Shown here piece after piece: positions 41,091 to 54,160 of a DNA stretch of 64,000 nucleotides. The stretch lies in the NCBI RefSeq assembly GCF_006345805.1, contig NC_043003.1, positions 74,338,001 through 74,402,000 of the forward strand, written 5' to 3'. The position numbers and the translations under genes were made by a program. Positions within the stretch are counted from its first letter, which is position 1. Each line of letters opens with the position of its first letter. This DNA is from Octopus sinensis (lineage: Eukaryota). The notes beneath the pieces are model-generated. The model ran no database searches and was not told the origin of the DNA. It saw only the letters and a program-made list of their open reading frames with translations.

Positions 41091-41543
41091 TATTTGCATA
41101 AGGACAAAATAACTTCAGGCAAAAATTCATGATGAATATACAAGATGTTACCTTTCGAAAAGTATGTAAACATAAGGTTAGAAATAAACAGACAAGGGAG
41201 AATCTACACAGAGTTTTAGTTAAAATTCTGTACAACAATCAAAATAAAATCCTGTACAACTTCACACCAACCAAAATATTTTGTCAGGATGCGCGCAAAA
41301 ATACTCATTAACATGTTTAATGTCGTTCACGTTGGAAAATATTGAACATCCTCGTTGTATGACCTTCACCAAAATTTTGAGGCGCGTAAGTGATTTTTTG
41401 GAAAAACTAGGAGGTCGTCTGAGAATCTTTTTTTAAGTTTCGTTGATTTCAAAGAAATGTTTATTACAGTTACGATCCCAGCCAAACACAAGACATTCGT
41501 AAAAAAAGATCGCACTCCCTGCCAGTTAATGCAGGGAGATATA

Positions 41544-41833
41544 GAGAGATACAGTTGACGATTCAATAATTTATCTGTATTATAATATAACATATATCAA
41601 ATTTCGCTTAATATACGGAATTTTGTCTATCTTTTAAACATAACTCTGATGAGACATATATATGTGAATTGAATTGTTTATAAATCCAATAATGTATATA
41701 AATCGAAACATATTGTTGACTCTCTTGGTTATTCAATATTTAAAAAATGTTATATTATATTATATAATATTCATAGTATATTATGTTATATTATAATATA
41801 GATAAATTATTAGATTGTCAAGTGTATCTCTCT
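41544..41833. mobile_element. 290-bp element with 50-bp inverted ends and an internal degenerate hammerhead (+ strand, about 41642-41720)
   Basis: AGAGAGATACAGTTGAC...TATTATAATATAACATA (41544-41594) versus TATGTTATATTATAATA...GTCAAGTGTATCTCTCT (41782-41833). CTGATGA at 41646-41652, a long AT-rich stem II, and GAAA at 41705-41708. Confidence 0.7.
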
Positions 41834-41862
41834 AATTTATTGTTTATACATACATTTACATA

Positions 41863-41924
<62 letters not shown>

Positions 41925-42189
41925 TATATATATATGGGTGTGTGTGTGTGTGCGTGTGTGTGTATGTATGTATGTATATATAAATATACATATATATATA
42001 TATATGCATACACACACACAAATGCAGACAGACAAACAGATAGATAGATAATATGTGAAGATACTGATAACATTGATGACGACCGCAAAGATTATTACGA
42101 CGTCATTGATGATGATGGCCGTGGGAATGATGAAAGCGATGACGAGTATGATAAAGATATATATCATAGAAATAATAGCAGTAAAGATC

Positions 42190-42654
42190 CTCTCTGTTGA
42201 GGGCACAACACCTGAAATTTTCGGGGTGGGTTCTAATCGATTACATCGACCACAGTACTTGGCCGGATGTTATGCAACGGACCTCGAAAGAATCAGTGGC
42301 AAAATCAATTTCAGAACAATTTCAACTTGGAATGCAAAGTCGGATTAAATGCCGATAAGCATTTTGTCTCATGCAAGAATCATTATGTTTGATCGCTAAT
42401 CCCCAAAAGCAAAATAATGGTTTCAAATTTTCGTACAAAGCCAACAATTCTGCGGTGGGGTAACTCGATTGCATCACCAGCAATACTCAAATAGTATTTG
42501 TTTTATTGACTACAAAAGATGATAGGCTAAGTTGTCGCATCGGAACTTTAACTCCGAACTTCAAGATAGAAGAGCTACCGCTAAATATGTTGTTCGGTAG
42601 GTGAAGGATCTTACAGCTACAGTTATAGTATTAGTGGTGGTGGTGATGGTAGTA

Positions 42655-42708
<54 letters not shown>

Positions 42709-42810
42709 CAGCAGCAGCAATTTTGCCACCTGCGCAGGAGACGGGAAAGAGGCGATTAAATCGACGCCAGTGTTTCACTGGTACTTAATGTATCGACCAG
42801 AACGAATGAA
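42190..42810 (-). mobile_element. Three decayed SINE family B copies separated by (TAG)n
   Basis: AATCGATTACATCGAC (about 42235), TGGTTTCAAATTTTCGTACAAAGCCAAC (about 42418), AAATCGACGCCAGTG (about 42758). Confidence 0.6.
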
Positions 42811-42815
42811 ATAAC

Positions 42816-42871
<56 letters not shown>

Positions 42872-42911
42872 CAATAACAATAATAACATTAATAATAATA
42901 ATAATAATAAC
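42810..42911. repeat. (TAA)n microsatellite
   Basis: Directly visible. Confidence 0.95.
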
Positions 42912-43615
42912 ACTAACTCACAGGAAAGGTATAAGTACCTGGGGATAAGCGAAAGAGATGGTACACAACTCTCCACAAGAAAGCTGCAAATACCTGTGGA
43001 TAAACGGAGATGGTAAACAACCCTCACAAGAAAGCTCCACATTCCTGGGGATAAACGAAGGAAATAGTACACAACATGCTACTATGAAAGAAACAATACG
43101 AAAGGAGTATTACAGAAAAAATACAACTCATACTAAAACCTGAATTCAACTCCAAATACCGCATCGAAGTCATTAGTGTACTGGCACATCCAGTAGTCTG
43201 ATACAGTTTTAACATCCTTAACAAAATTCCCAAGCCTGGATAGCACGACAAGAAGACTACTATCACCTAAAACCATGCGCCACTCAAAAGCAGACGTTCA
43301 TCATGTGTACCTTCCTAGAAGTAATAGGGGAAGGGGAATGATGCAGTTAGAACTGTGCTATAAGACCTCGACAATAGCAATGGACAAGTACTTATCTAGT
43401 AATGAGGACTGGATGCAAACACGAATGCAGCAAACCATCACAATCAATTGTCAACGAAGCTTGAAAGCTCGCAAGGGAACTTGACATTAACTCTGAATTA
43501 GAAACCACTGCCATGAAGAAAGCAAAACGAATGAAACAGGCTGCAAAAAAGAACAGGCAGAAACAAATTGATGCGTGGTGGAGCCAGACATGGCATCTTA
43601 AAACGGGAACTGTTC
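42912..43615 (+). mobile_element. R4/Dong-clade RLE retrotransposon fragment (post-RT region), truncated at both ends
   Basis: YKYLGI, MKETIRKEYYR, HSKADVHHVYLPRSNRGRGMMQLE and EDWM are colinear with the 49877-51466 ORF. Confidence 0.9.
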
Positions 43616-43616
43616 C

Positions 43617-46600
43617 TGTCTTTAAGGAGATAAGGAGAAGAGGCTTGAATCCCGTACTCCAATATGGGTCTCACCAACGTGACATAGAGCGGTAGGAATA
43701 TGGCTGCTGTGAGCATCCCGAATGACCGTCGAATCAAGAACAGAATTCCGCGTGCTTTGTTGGCAGCATGGACGCACTGGCCCAAAGGCGAAAAGGAAGA
43801 ATCCACCAAGATACCCAGGTCCTTTACCTGATCGGTCCTCTCCAGCAGCAGACGACCGGGCTCGAAATCAAGATGAGTTGCAGGAGGGGAGCCAACAAAC
43901 AGATGACAGCACATTGACACGTTCAGACACAGGTCCCATTCGTTAGACCATCTCCAAATTTGGTGGAGGCATCGACGAAGATCCTCTATATCACCGCGAG
44001 GAGCGACCAGTTTGACATCGTCGGCAAATAGAAGGGTGTGTTGCGTGAGGTCGTCGGGCAAATCATTTATGAAGACTAAGAACAATGAGGACCCAAGCAC
44101 TGAACCTTGAGGCACGCCACTGCTCGCACTGGAGACGTCGGACCGCGAACCATTAACTTGGACTTGGAAGGAGAGATCTGAGAGGAAGGCACCAACCCAA
44201 CTTACAATATCCGGATGGAAACTATATGCTTGAAGCTTGACAAGTAATAGGCGATGGTTTACTGAGTCAGAAGGCTTTGGCAAAGTCCAATAAAACGATG
44301 TAAACAGCATTACTATCATCGAGGATGCGCGTCACCAATTCTTTCCTTACCAGTAAGTTGGTCAAGCATGATCTCTTCGGTACGAAGCCGTGTTGGGAAT
44401 CAGAGATAGAGGCTGTGTTTTGGAGGTGGAGCATCATACTTTTCTTAAGGTTGGTTTCGAACATCTTGCTGATTATTGATGTAAGGGAAACCGGTCGGTA
44501 GTTAAGCGGGTCTTCGCGGCTCCCTTTCATGAAAATTGGGCAGATTATCGCTGTTCTCCAGTCCGCAGGTATAACACCCGTCGCCAATGACATATTGAAT
44601 AGACGTGTTAAGGGCTCGCAGATGACCGGAGCCAACGCTTTGATAACCCGTGGGTGTATGCCGTCAGGGCAGTGACCCTTGTTGACATCGAGGTCTTGAA
44701 TAACGCGTTCGACTTCGTCCCGCGTGATGACCGATCGAAGAAATGGAGGTACCGATATATCAAATGGAGGGGGTTCACGACCATCATCTTGTTTGAAAAT
44801 AGTTGAAAATGTCTCGGCAAATAATTGACTCTGTTGATAAGGGTTCTCAATCGATACGCCTGTTGAGTCTACCAACGTTGCAATTTGGTTGTTCAAGCGG
44901 GAATTCCGTTGGCAAAGAAGGTTTTTGGATTGCTACTGGCGTTCGCCGCGATTTTGTATTCATATCTGAAGCATTCTTCCTTTTCAATTTTCACGGCCCG
45001 GTCTCGTTGAGTTTTGTACACCTCAAAAGCTGCAGTCGAATCCAGATTTTTGAATTCAGCCCAAGCAATATCTCTGAGTCGAAGTTCTCGTTTAACCTTC
45101 TTCGTCACCCAGGGCTTGTATTTCTTCTTCTTGGGAAGCCCAACGGGAACTGCCTGGTCAGTCAAACAGATTACATATGCTTTGAAGGATGACCATAGTT
45201 CGTCAACTGAGGACAACGTCATCAGGGATCGCCAGTCCAGAAGCGCGGAAGCCTCGGTTAGAATTTCAAGATTAATTGCAGAGAAGACTCTACGTGACAG
45301 CGAAGTAGTCGTAAGCGTAGAAAAAGTTGTGTGCATGACGAACTTCAGGACCGCATGATCACTCTTGGCAAGAGGGGCGCACTGATCTGGGATAGCGGGA
45401 GAATACCAGATCCAACATAGATGGCTGCTGCCCAGACCGATGCTTTGACGGATATTCAACATGTTGCCATAGAAAACAATCTTCAGCCACGTCAAGAAGG
45501 GCCTGGCCGAACCGGGAAGATGACGTACAAATTGATGCGGGCCAATCGATCGTGGGAGCGTTGAAGTATCCTAATATCAAACAGTCATGAGAAGCTGAAA
45601 CGAATCTTATCGCTTCGAGTAAATGAGCATCGTCCTTGGGTCGACAAGAGGCGGCATGTAGACAGCTAACACGGGTAGGCAAAACCCGGATAGGCTCAGC
45701 TTGCAATAGACGGCATCAAATTTTGTTGTAGGTTGAGCATTTGTGGGTAGAATACCGCTGGACGGTTTGAGATCAGATTTAACATAGACAGCAACACCTC
45801 GTCCTCGCCTTTTTTCTCTGTCACATCTGAAGAGGGCGTAGCCCTGTAGGTGGATTTCTGAGTTCTTTACTGCTGGAGTCAGCAGCTCTCGATGATAGCT
45901 ATCACATCAGGGGAATCACGCATTGCCAGTGTAAATAGTTCGCTGAACTTTGGAAATAAGGAGCACGGGTTGGTATAGATGATGCTGAGCTGTGAAGTTT
46001 GAGGGGCGGGAGTTGGGAAACAAGCAGAATAAGGGGTATCAGAGATAGCATCGTTGACGGGGGTATCTACTTTACTTCGATTCGCCCTAAATTCACTCTC
46101 CCTGTCAGCACTACAGCATGCGACCAGAGGTAGGACTTGATTATTTGTCCATCTTGGATGCGTAAACTCTTCTTTCCCATCTGTTTTCTCATCTTCAGTT
46201 CGGATATTATGTTTCTCCGGCGAATTCTCTCTCTCAGTGAGTATTCCTCGCGAAAACCCATATTGGGGTCCTCCCATGCATGCATCTGAGCTCTGTTCAG
46301 AAAGGTTGAAGCCTCCTGATCGGAAGAAAAGATTACTCCTATTGGGCGTGGTCTAGTGTCTGAGGTTGAGTTCGCTTGGAATCTTCCTAGTCGAGCGACC
46401 TTATGGATACTGACATTTTCGTTGACAGACAACAATTCTCCAACTAAAATGGAAACAAAATTTATGTCTTCTTTTAGGCGGTTTATGCCTGTATCACAGG
46501 TGGATTCAGCTTTACCATAAATTATTGCTGATCTTGAGTGGGCAAAATGGCCTTTCTGTTCTCTACTATGAGCTGCGGCATTCTATTCCTCGTTGGATGA

Positions 46601-46750
46601 TTAGGGATAGCTAGGATATTTAGGAGAGTTCTTGTCATCTAATATTACTTATTGTAGCCCGATAGGATGGTCCTTGGTATCTGAAGTTACTTATAGTAGC
46701 CCAACGTTAAGAATTTTTTTCTTGTCCAACATTCTAATTTGTTGAGCGTA
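43617..46750 (-). mobile_element. CR1-group APE non-LTR retrotransposon (ORF1 + APE + RT), frameshifted, 3' end missing
   Basis: ORF1-like RLGR...RPRPIGV (46067-46435). APE motifs IIYTN, DVIAIIES, LILGYFNAP.IDW, LDLVF, SDH. RT motifs PDGIHPRV, NYRPVSLTS, QHGF, LDFAKAF, SGVPQGSVLG, LFADDVKL, VRPILEY. Confidence 0.95.
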
Positions 46751-46756
46751 TGTGAA

Positions 46757-46805
46757 AAGTAATAATAATAATAACAAATTAATAATAATAATAATAATAA
46801 TAATG

Positions 46806-46842
<37 letters not shown>

Positions 46843-46855
46843 TGATGATGTTGAA

Positions 46856-46924
<69 letters not shown>

Positions 46925-46950
46925 TAATAATAAAAATAATAATACTATTA

Positions 46951-47035
<85 letters not shown>
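46757..47035. repeat. Long (TAA)n microsatellite
   Basis: Directly visible. Confidence 0.95.
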
Positions 47036-47689
47036 TACCTTTTATTGTAACAACACAATTAAATGCACGATAAAAAGTTATGGAATTAAGCACCTACTAC
47101 TATATACATACAACTGAATTCAGAAATTTAAAAATATATACATAACATTGAACTCAGAAAGTTATTTAAAAAAAAGAAAAAAAAAATCTTCGACGAAAAT
47201 ATCAGATAATATGTGTGAGTGAATATACATATATATACATATACATATGCATGTGGTGAAGAAGAAAAGAGAACGGGAAAAAAAAATAAATAAATAAATA
47301 AATAAACGTAAACAGGTTTGACCTTTTACTGACCATTAACGTCCTTTGTCTCCACCATCTACCGTGGTTATTTATAGACCCAAAGAACATGAATTCTTTA
47401 ACCACCCATTCTCCAACACAATGGAGTGTTGATGGTGGCTGTGGCTACACATTGAAGATGATGATGGTGATGGTGATGTTGCTGATGATGGTGATGGTGG
47501 GGAAGATGATAGTAATAACAATAATAACTGACAGATCCCGTCTTTTTCCCTTTCTTTTCGTTTCCTTCTCCGTATTTTATTCTCATTATTTCGAACTAAT
47601 ACAGACACAGTAAGCCTTGAAGAAAGGAAGAGGAGGAAAGGAGGAAAAAAAAATGTCCGGAGATAAAACTATCAACAAAAAAAATACAG

Positions 47690-50600
47690 ACGAATATAGA
47701 TCTGCTAGTCTTAAGAAGCGGCGCTATGAGCAATGCTTACATGTAGTGAACCCTAAACTGACAGATCCATCTAATATAAGAATGGATGCTCGTCATGCTT
47801 CAAGGTCAACAAATCAAACAATAAACCGCATTGGTCATTGCGCGGATTACAAAAGACCACGTACCCGAAAATTGAACCAAATCCTGATTGAAAAATCAGT
47901 TACTGGATCAAATCTTCCCAACACACAGGAGCTGGACGAACCCCACAACCGGAATATTGCAACAGATGGCCATCCATGCTCATCACCAAATAATCAAAAG
48001 AAAAAGAAGGAAAATGGTCTAGGGAAGATAATAAAGAAGTTCTCGAGGCCTTCTACCATGCCATATATTTCCCCACAGATAAGTCTAGCACTGTACAAGC
48101 ATACTTAAACTGGAGACAGAAACACCCTGAAGTAAGACCCTACATAGACAGTAACAAGCTTGCCAATGTTAGAAGAAACATTATAAAAAAGAAATTACTG
48201 ACTGAAGTAGAGATTGATCAGGTTAGACAAGCAATATCGGATAAAATGAACGAAGCTGCAGTTAGAGAAGATAATACAGAGGAAATGATTATAGAGCAGC
48301 CCAGGGCGGATAAAAACGAAGAGAGGATTGAAAGAGTTATTATAAGTGATAGGCAAAGTGAAATACGCCCTGAACCAATCATAAACACTAAGACAGATGA
48401 GCATCAAATAGATAAAGAAAGTCACACAAATATTGACCCAACAGAACTACATGAGCTAAAAAATCAAATCATGATTGAATGGCTGAAAATTAAAGAAACC
48501 AGCATGGATGAGCGTGATACACTTCCTAAAATCCGCAACTCTAACCAAAACATGAAAATAATTGGTAAAATCCGGCTTGCACTTAAGGATATAATTCAGT
48601 TAATGATGTTGATATCACAAACCTCAACCACCTATACTATGCATCCGCGAAAATCTCAACGATCCTATGTGGTGTAAAGATTAGAAAACGGCAACAGTCC
48701 CACAAAAAGCCTTCTTGGCAAGAGCGTCTGCAACAACAAATTAAAGTATTTAGATCTGACATTGAATATTTGAAAAACCTTAAGGCTCACAAGACTACCA
48801 AACCTACAAAAACCCAAAAATTACTGAAAAAATACAATATGAAAACTATACTTGATATTGATGCCACCATAGAAACCATCAAACAAAAGGTATCTGCCAA
48901 AGCTACCCGCATAGCGAGGTATGAAAAGCGTGTTAGATTTTTCAAGGACAACAACATGTTCAAAAATAACACCAAGAATTTTTACAGGAAGATAGGAATA
49001 ACAGCGTTTACTGCAGGGTCTGTACCATCAAAAGAAGAAGTGCAGAGATTTTGGAATAAAATCTGGGCAGAAGAAAAAACACACAACGAAAAGGCCCCCT
49101 GGATTGACAGAATATCTACAGAACTGGACCCCTTAGAAGAGCAAAAGTGGGAGGGTGTCAAGGTAGAAGATATAAGATCTGCTCTCAGGAGGTCAAGCAA
49201 ATGGAAGTCTCCAGGAAAGGATAAAATTCCTAACTTCTGGCTGAATGCCTTCCCAGAGAGCCATGCACTGCTAACAGAACTGTACAATGATGTTCTGCAA
49301 CACCCTAGTAGGATGCCTCCTTGGCTAGTTAATGGGTTAACATTCCTGCTTCCAAAAAGTGAAGAAACAAATGAACCAAAAAACTATAGACCCATAACCT
49401 GCTTAACAACTATGTACAAAACTCTAACATCTGTCCTGACGGAATATACCTATAGTTTTTTAACAGACAGCAGCATATTCCCTAATGAACAGAAAGGATG
49501 TAAACGTGGATCCTACGGCTGTAAAGACCAACTACTCATCAATAAGATGATCTTAGAAGATTGTCACAAACGACACAAAAACTTATCAATAGCCTGGATA
49601 GACTATAAAAAGGCTTTTGATAGCCTACCACATAGCTGGATTAGGAAATGCCTTGAAATGTATAAGATAGCACCAACTCTGCGAAACTTCTTGACTGTAA
49701 GTATGAGATGATGGAGAACCACACTAACTCTGAACAGTGACAGTGAATCCCTAAAAGCTGGTGATGTAAAAATTTCGTGTGGCATTTTCCAGGGTGACTC
49801 ACTGTCACCACTCCTCTTTTTTTTATCCTTAATACCTCTCTCAAAGCTGCTCAATGACGCGCAGTACGGGTATAAAATGTTTGATAAAAATATAAATCAT
49901 CTCGTTTACATGGATGATTTAAAGCTTTTTGCAAAAAATGATCAACAACTCAAGGGCTTACTAGCGATAGTCAAACAATTCAGTGACGACATCAGAATGC
50001 AGTTCGGCCTCGATAAATGTGCAAAGGCTACCTTTATCAAAGGAAAAATGACAGAAACATCTAACGTTAACCTTGACCAACAGAATGTCATAAAAGAACT
50101 AGACCCAGCGGAGAGCTACAAGTACCTAGGGGTAATTGAAGGGAACGGAATAAGGCATTCAGAGATGAAGGAAAGGATCAGGAGAGAATGCTATCGAAGA
50201 GTGAGAGCAATACTCAAGACAGAGCTGAATGCAAGAAACAGGATCGAAGCAATCAATGCATTAGCTATACCAGTCGTGACTTACAGTTTCAATATTGTTA
50301 ACTGGTCAATTACTGAAATATGTCAGCTCGACAGAAAAATAAGGAAACTGTTGACAATGCATAGAATGCACCACCCTAAGGCAGATACAGAACGACTCTA
50401 TCTGCCAAGAAAAGAGGGAGGCCGTGGTCTTTTGCAACTGGCAATAACAATGAACATTGCTACAATTGGCCTAGACACCTACCTGAAAAACTCTGAGGAC
50501 TGGATGTTAAAATTTGTCTCAAAACATGAAAACAAGAAAGCATCATACTCAGTCACAAAACAGGCAAAGGAATATGTAAGTGAATTCCGAATACAACCAA

Positions 50601-51690
50601 TTTCGGAATTAGAGATAGATATACAAGAAACAAGCACAGAAAAAGCTAGGCGCATGAAAACCCGTGCCAAAACTGTGGCCTTAGATATTCTGAATAATAA
50701 ATGGCAAGAAAAACCTCTCTACGGCAAATACCCAAAGAGAGCGAATAATGCAGATATCGACAAAGCCCTGACCCATCAATGGCTAATGGCCTCTGGCTTA
50801 AAATCTGAAACAGAGGGGTTTATCATAGCAGCTCAAGATCAATGCCTACCAACAAGAAACTATCAGGCCAACATATTAAAGATCAGAAGCAGTCCAACGT
50901 GTCGTGTATGCAAGCAACAAAATGAAACCATTGACCATGTGGTCTCCAAGTGCAGTCTTCTAGCGCCTACAGAGTATCTCAACAGGCACGATAGAGCTGC
51001 ACAATATATTCACTGGGTAATCTGTAAAAACCTGGATTTGCCCCAGGAAAAAAACTGGTGGGAACAGAAACCACCCCCAGTGCTTGAAAATGACCACATC
51101 TCACTCCTCTGGAACTTCACCATTCAAACTGACAGGAAGATAGATGCAAATAGGCCAGACATCATATTGAAAGACTTCAAACAAAGAACATGCCTCCTCA
51201 TTGATATGACTGTCCCAATCGATATAAACGTATCTGTCAGGACCTACCAAAAACTGAGCAAATATAAAGATCTTGAAATAGAAATCAGCAAAATGTGGAA
51301 GCTGAAGACTAAAACAATACCTGTTGTCATAGGTGCCCTGAGAATGATAGCAAAAGGGGCTGATAGCTACCTAACTCAGATACCAGGAAACCTCAAAATG
51401 GCAGAAGTTCAAAAGATAGTGCTCATGGGAACTGCTCATATCCTACGCAAAATACTCTCTATGTAACCTCAAGGTTTAAAACAACCATAATTTTCGGTTT
51501 AAAAAAAAAAAAAAAAAAAAAACTTTTTTTTTTTCTTTTAGACATTCATTAGTACAACATCCCCACCCCCCAAATATATGGCACACTAGGCATAACAACA
51601 ACGTGAACTTCCAACCCTGTTGTCTCTTGAGGTCTCTGGGTGAGACTTGGAGCCAACTTGTACAAATATAAAGCAAAAGTCAAACATAGA
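47690..51690 (+). mobile_element. Near-full-length R4/Dong-clade RLE non-LTR retrotransposon; single ORF with two N-terminal frameshifts and one nonsense codon; ends in (TAA)n
   Basis: N-terminal KWSREDNKEVLEAFY (about 48011). RT motifs WKSPGKD, NYRPITCL, EQKGC, WIDYKKAFDS, GIFQGDSLSP, YMDDLK. CCHC CRVC...HVVSKC, then RHD, PDII, IDMTVP, KLSKY. Stop at 51466, 3' UTR to about 51690. ORFs 48770-49711 and 49877-51466 share one frame. The 5' boundary is approximate. Confidence 0.95.
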
Positions 51691-51717
51691 ATAATAATAA
51701 TAATAATAGTAATAATG

Positions 51718-51795
<78 letters not shown>
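51690..51795. repeat. (TAA)n microsatellite
   Basis: Directly visible. Confidence 0.95.
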
Positions 51796-51796
51796 G

Positions 51797-51955
51797 CCGA
51801 AATACTGATATAGGCCAAGCAACAACCAATCAGTTGCTGAAAATCTCAAGACTGAAAGCAGAGACTGAATTTTGCATATTCGTGGCACAACATCAAAGCT
51901 TGACTAACAAAATCACCAGGATAATGTTCGTCAAAACGTTCTGACAGTAAAAGCA
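51797..51955 (+). mobile_element. Short old R4-clade fragment
   Basis: TDIGQATTNQLLKISRLKAETEFCIFVAQHQSL, cf. ADIDKALTHQWLMASGLKSETEGFIIAAQDQCL in the upstream element. Confidence 0.75.
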
Positions 51956-52071
51956 TATTCTGGCCAACCAATATATACGTCTTGTCATCTAGAGCTTCTC
52001 TGCTCTAGATGACAGGATGACACTCGGCGAAAAATAGAAACAGAATTGAAAGAAAATGCTAATGAAAATAA

Positions 52072-52075
52072 CGAC

Positions 52076-52138
<63 letters not shown>

Positions 52139-52183
52139 AATGATGATGATGTTGATGATAAGGATAATAATATTACTAATAAA

Positions 52184-52229
<46 letters not shown>

Positions 52230-52242
52230 TTAATAATAATAA
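52072..52242. repeat. (GAT)n then (TAA)n microsatellite
   Basis: Directly visible. Confidence 0.95.
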
Positions 52243-52246
52243 CCTA

Positions 52247-53203
52247 ATACCACCTAATAAATATGATCATACCACCTAATAAATATGAAGAAGAAGAAGA
52301 AGAAGAAGAAGATGAAGAAACAACAAAAGCTATAAAACAAATGAAATCCAAACTAAAAATAGAACAGCAACGAACCATGATAAAACGATGGCAAGAAAAG
52401 CCCCTTCATGGTAAATACTGGACTAAACTAAACGCAAAAGAAATAGACAAAGAAAAATCCCAGCAATGGTTGAGAAGCTCAAGTCTCAAAGCAGAAACAG
52501 AGGGATTTTTAATTGCAGCACAAGACCAAAGCCTCCCCACCAGAAATTACCAAAAACATGTAATGAAAAGAAATATTACAAGTAACTGCAGAATATGTGG
52601 AAATGGACAAGAAACAATAAATCATATTATCTCTAGCTGCCCAATCCTGGCTAAGAAGGAATATATTCATAGACATGACAGAGTTGGACCCTACATACAT
52701 TGGAAGCTATGCAAACATTATGGAATAACAACAGAAAAATGACGGTATAGGCACACACCAGAAAAGGTCACAGAAAACGAGAAAGCAACCATACTCTGGG
52801 ATATGCCGATACACACAGATAGAGAAATTAAGGCCAACAGACCAGATATAGTTGTCAGAGATCATGAAGAAAAAAATGCTTTCTAATTGATGTATCAATA
52901 CCGGCAGATGACAACGTGTCTCTAAAAGAAATGGAGAAACTCTCAAAATACAAAGACCTGGAAATAGAGGTAACTAGAATGTGGAATCTGAACACAGAAA
53001 CAATTCCTATCATAGTAGGTGCATTAGGCATGATAAAACAAATAACATACAGAAAATTGCACTACTAGGCACTGCACACATCCTACGCAGAACACTTTCC
53101 ATACAATAACCATCAGAGCATCACAACAAATCACAGCACATACCCAAGGCCCATAGAGCTACGCTCGGTAGTGAAGTGTACGCACGCTATAAAAATAAAA
53201 CTA

Positions 53204-53207
<4 letters not shown>
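52247..53207 (+). mobile_element. 5'-truncated R4/Dong-clade element of a different family (CCHC + RLE + 3' UTR), flanked by (TAA)n
   Basis: WQEKPLHGKY, LKAETEGFLIAAQDQSL, CRIC...HIISSC, RHD, ANRPDIV, KYKDLEIEV, GTAHILRRTLS*; 3' UTR ends AAAACTACTG(AAT)n. Confidence 0.92.
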
Positions 53208-53288
<81 letters not shown>

Positions 53289-53290
<2 letters not shown>

Positions 53291-53779
53291 GTCCTGATGC
53301 ATTACCAGGCAATGGCTTTCATGTCTTCTGATCTTACTTGATTGGAAGTGTTATCATGTACATTGTTTGTCTTTGTATAAACGATGCGCTACTGCAAATA
53401 TTCTGCTGAATACTACAGGTTTGCTTGTTAGTTGGTTGACCATAACCAGTTGAGCATGTATTTTAGTGGCTGATCATATGTGCAACTCTGATCACGAGGA
53501 GAAGTAGTGGGGGAGAATCATAGCCATGTGTTCAGAGGGATTCTTTGGGGTTTGAATAATTCAACGTCCTTAAACAGCCATTATTCAGGGACATTTTGAG
53601 CGGGATGGGTTACTCGACTAGAAGAAAATTCTAACTGGGCCTCACCTGCAAGGTCATGTGCTATTTATCTTAAAATGTTGTGATGCATGTGCGTAGGGAA
53701 CCCTTATTAGATGGGTTGTCATGATGGGCATACTGGGCTTCGTATATTTTACCCTAGTGTCACTTTGATGGCATTCACT

Positions 53780-53790
<11 letters not shown>
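53289..53790 (+). mobile_element. About 540-bp non-coding repeat (family E) between (TAA)n tracts
   Basis: Colinear with 54288-54838 and 25577-25975. Confidence 0.85.
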
Positions 53791-53814
<24 letters not shown>

Positions 53815-53839
53815 AACAATAATGATGATGATGATGATG

Positions 53840-53902
<63 letters not shown>

Positions 53903-53984
53903 TAATAATAATAAAAATAATAATAATAATTCCTATCACAGCTATGATAAAAAAAATATTCAGACGCGCATAACGAAAACATCA

Positions 53985-54160
53985 AGATTAACAAGTATAT
54001 ATAAAATACAGAAGATAGCACTACAAGACATCGCATACATCCTACGTAAAACACTTTAAATACAGTAAAAATAAGAGAATCACAAGACCACAGCACATAC
54101 CCAAGGTACACAGAGCTGTGCTTAGTGGCGCAGTGAATGTACGTGATAAAAATAAGACTA

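Noticed and set aside
42912-43078. CRISPR-like repeat array
   Set aside because: The units are contiguous degenerate duplicates of RT coding sequence without spacers, in a eukaryotic context.
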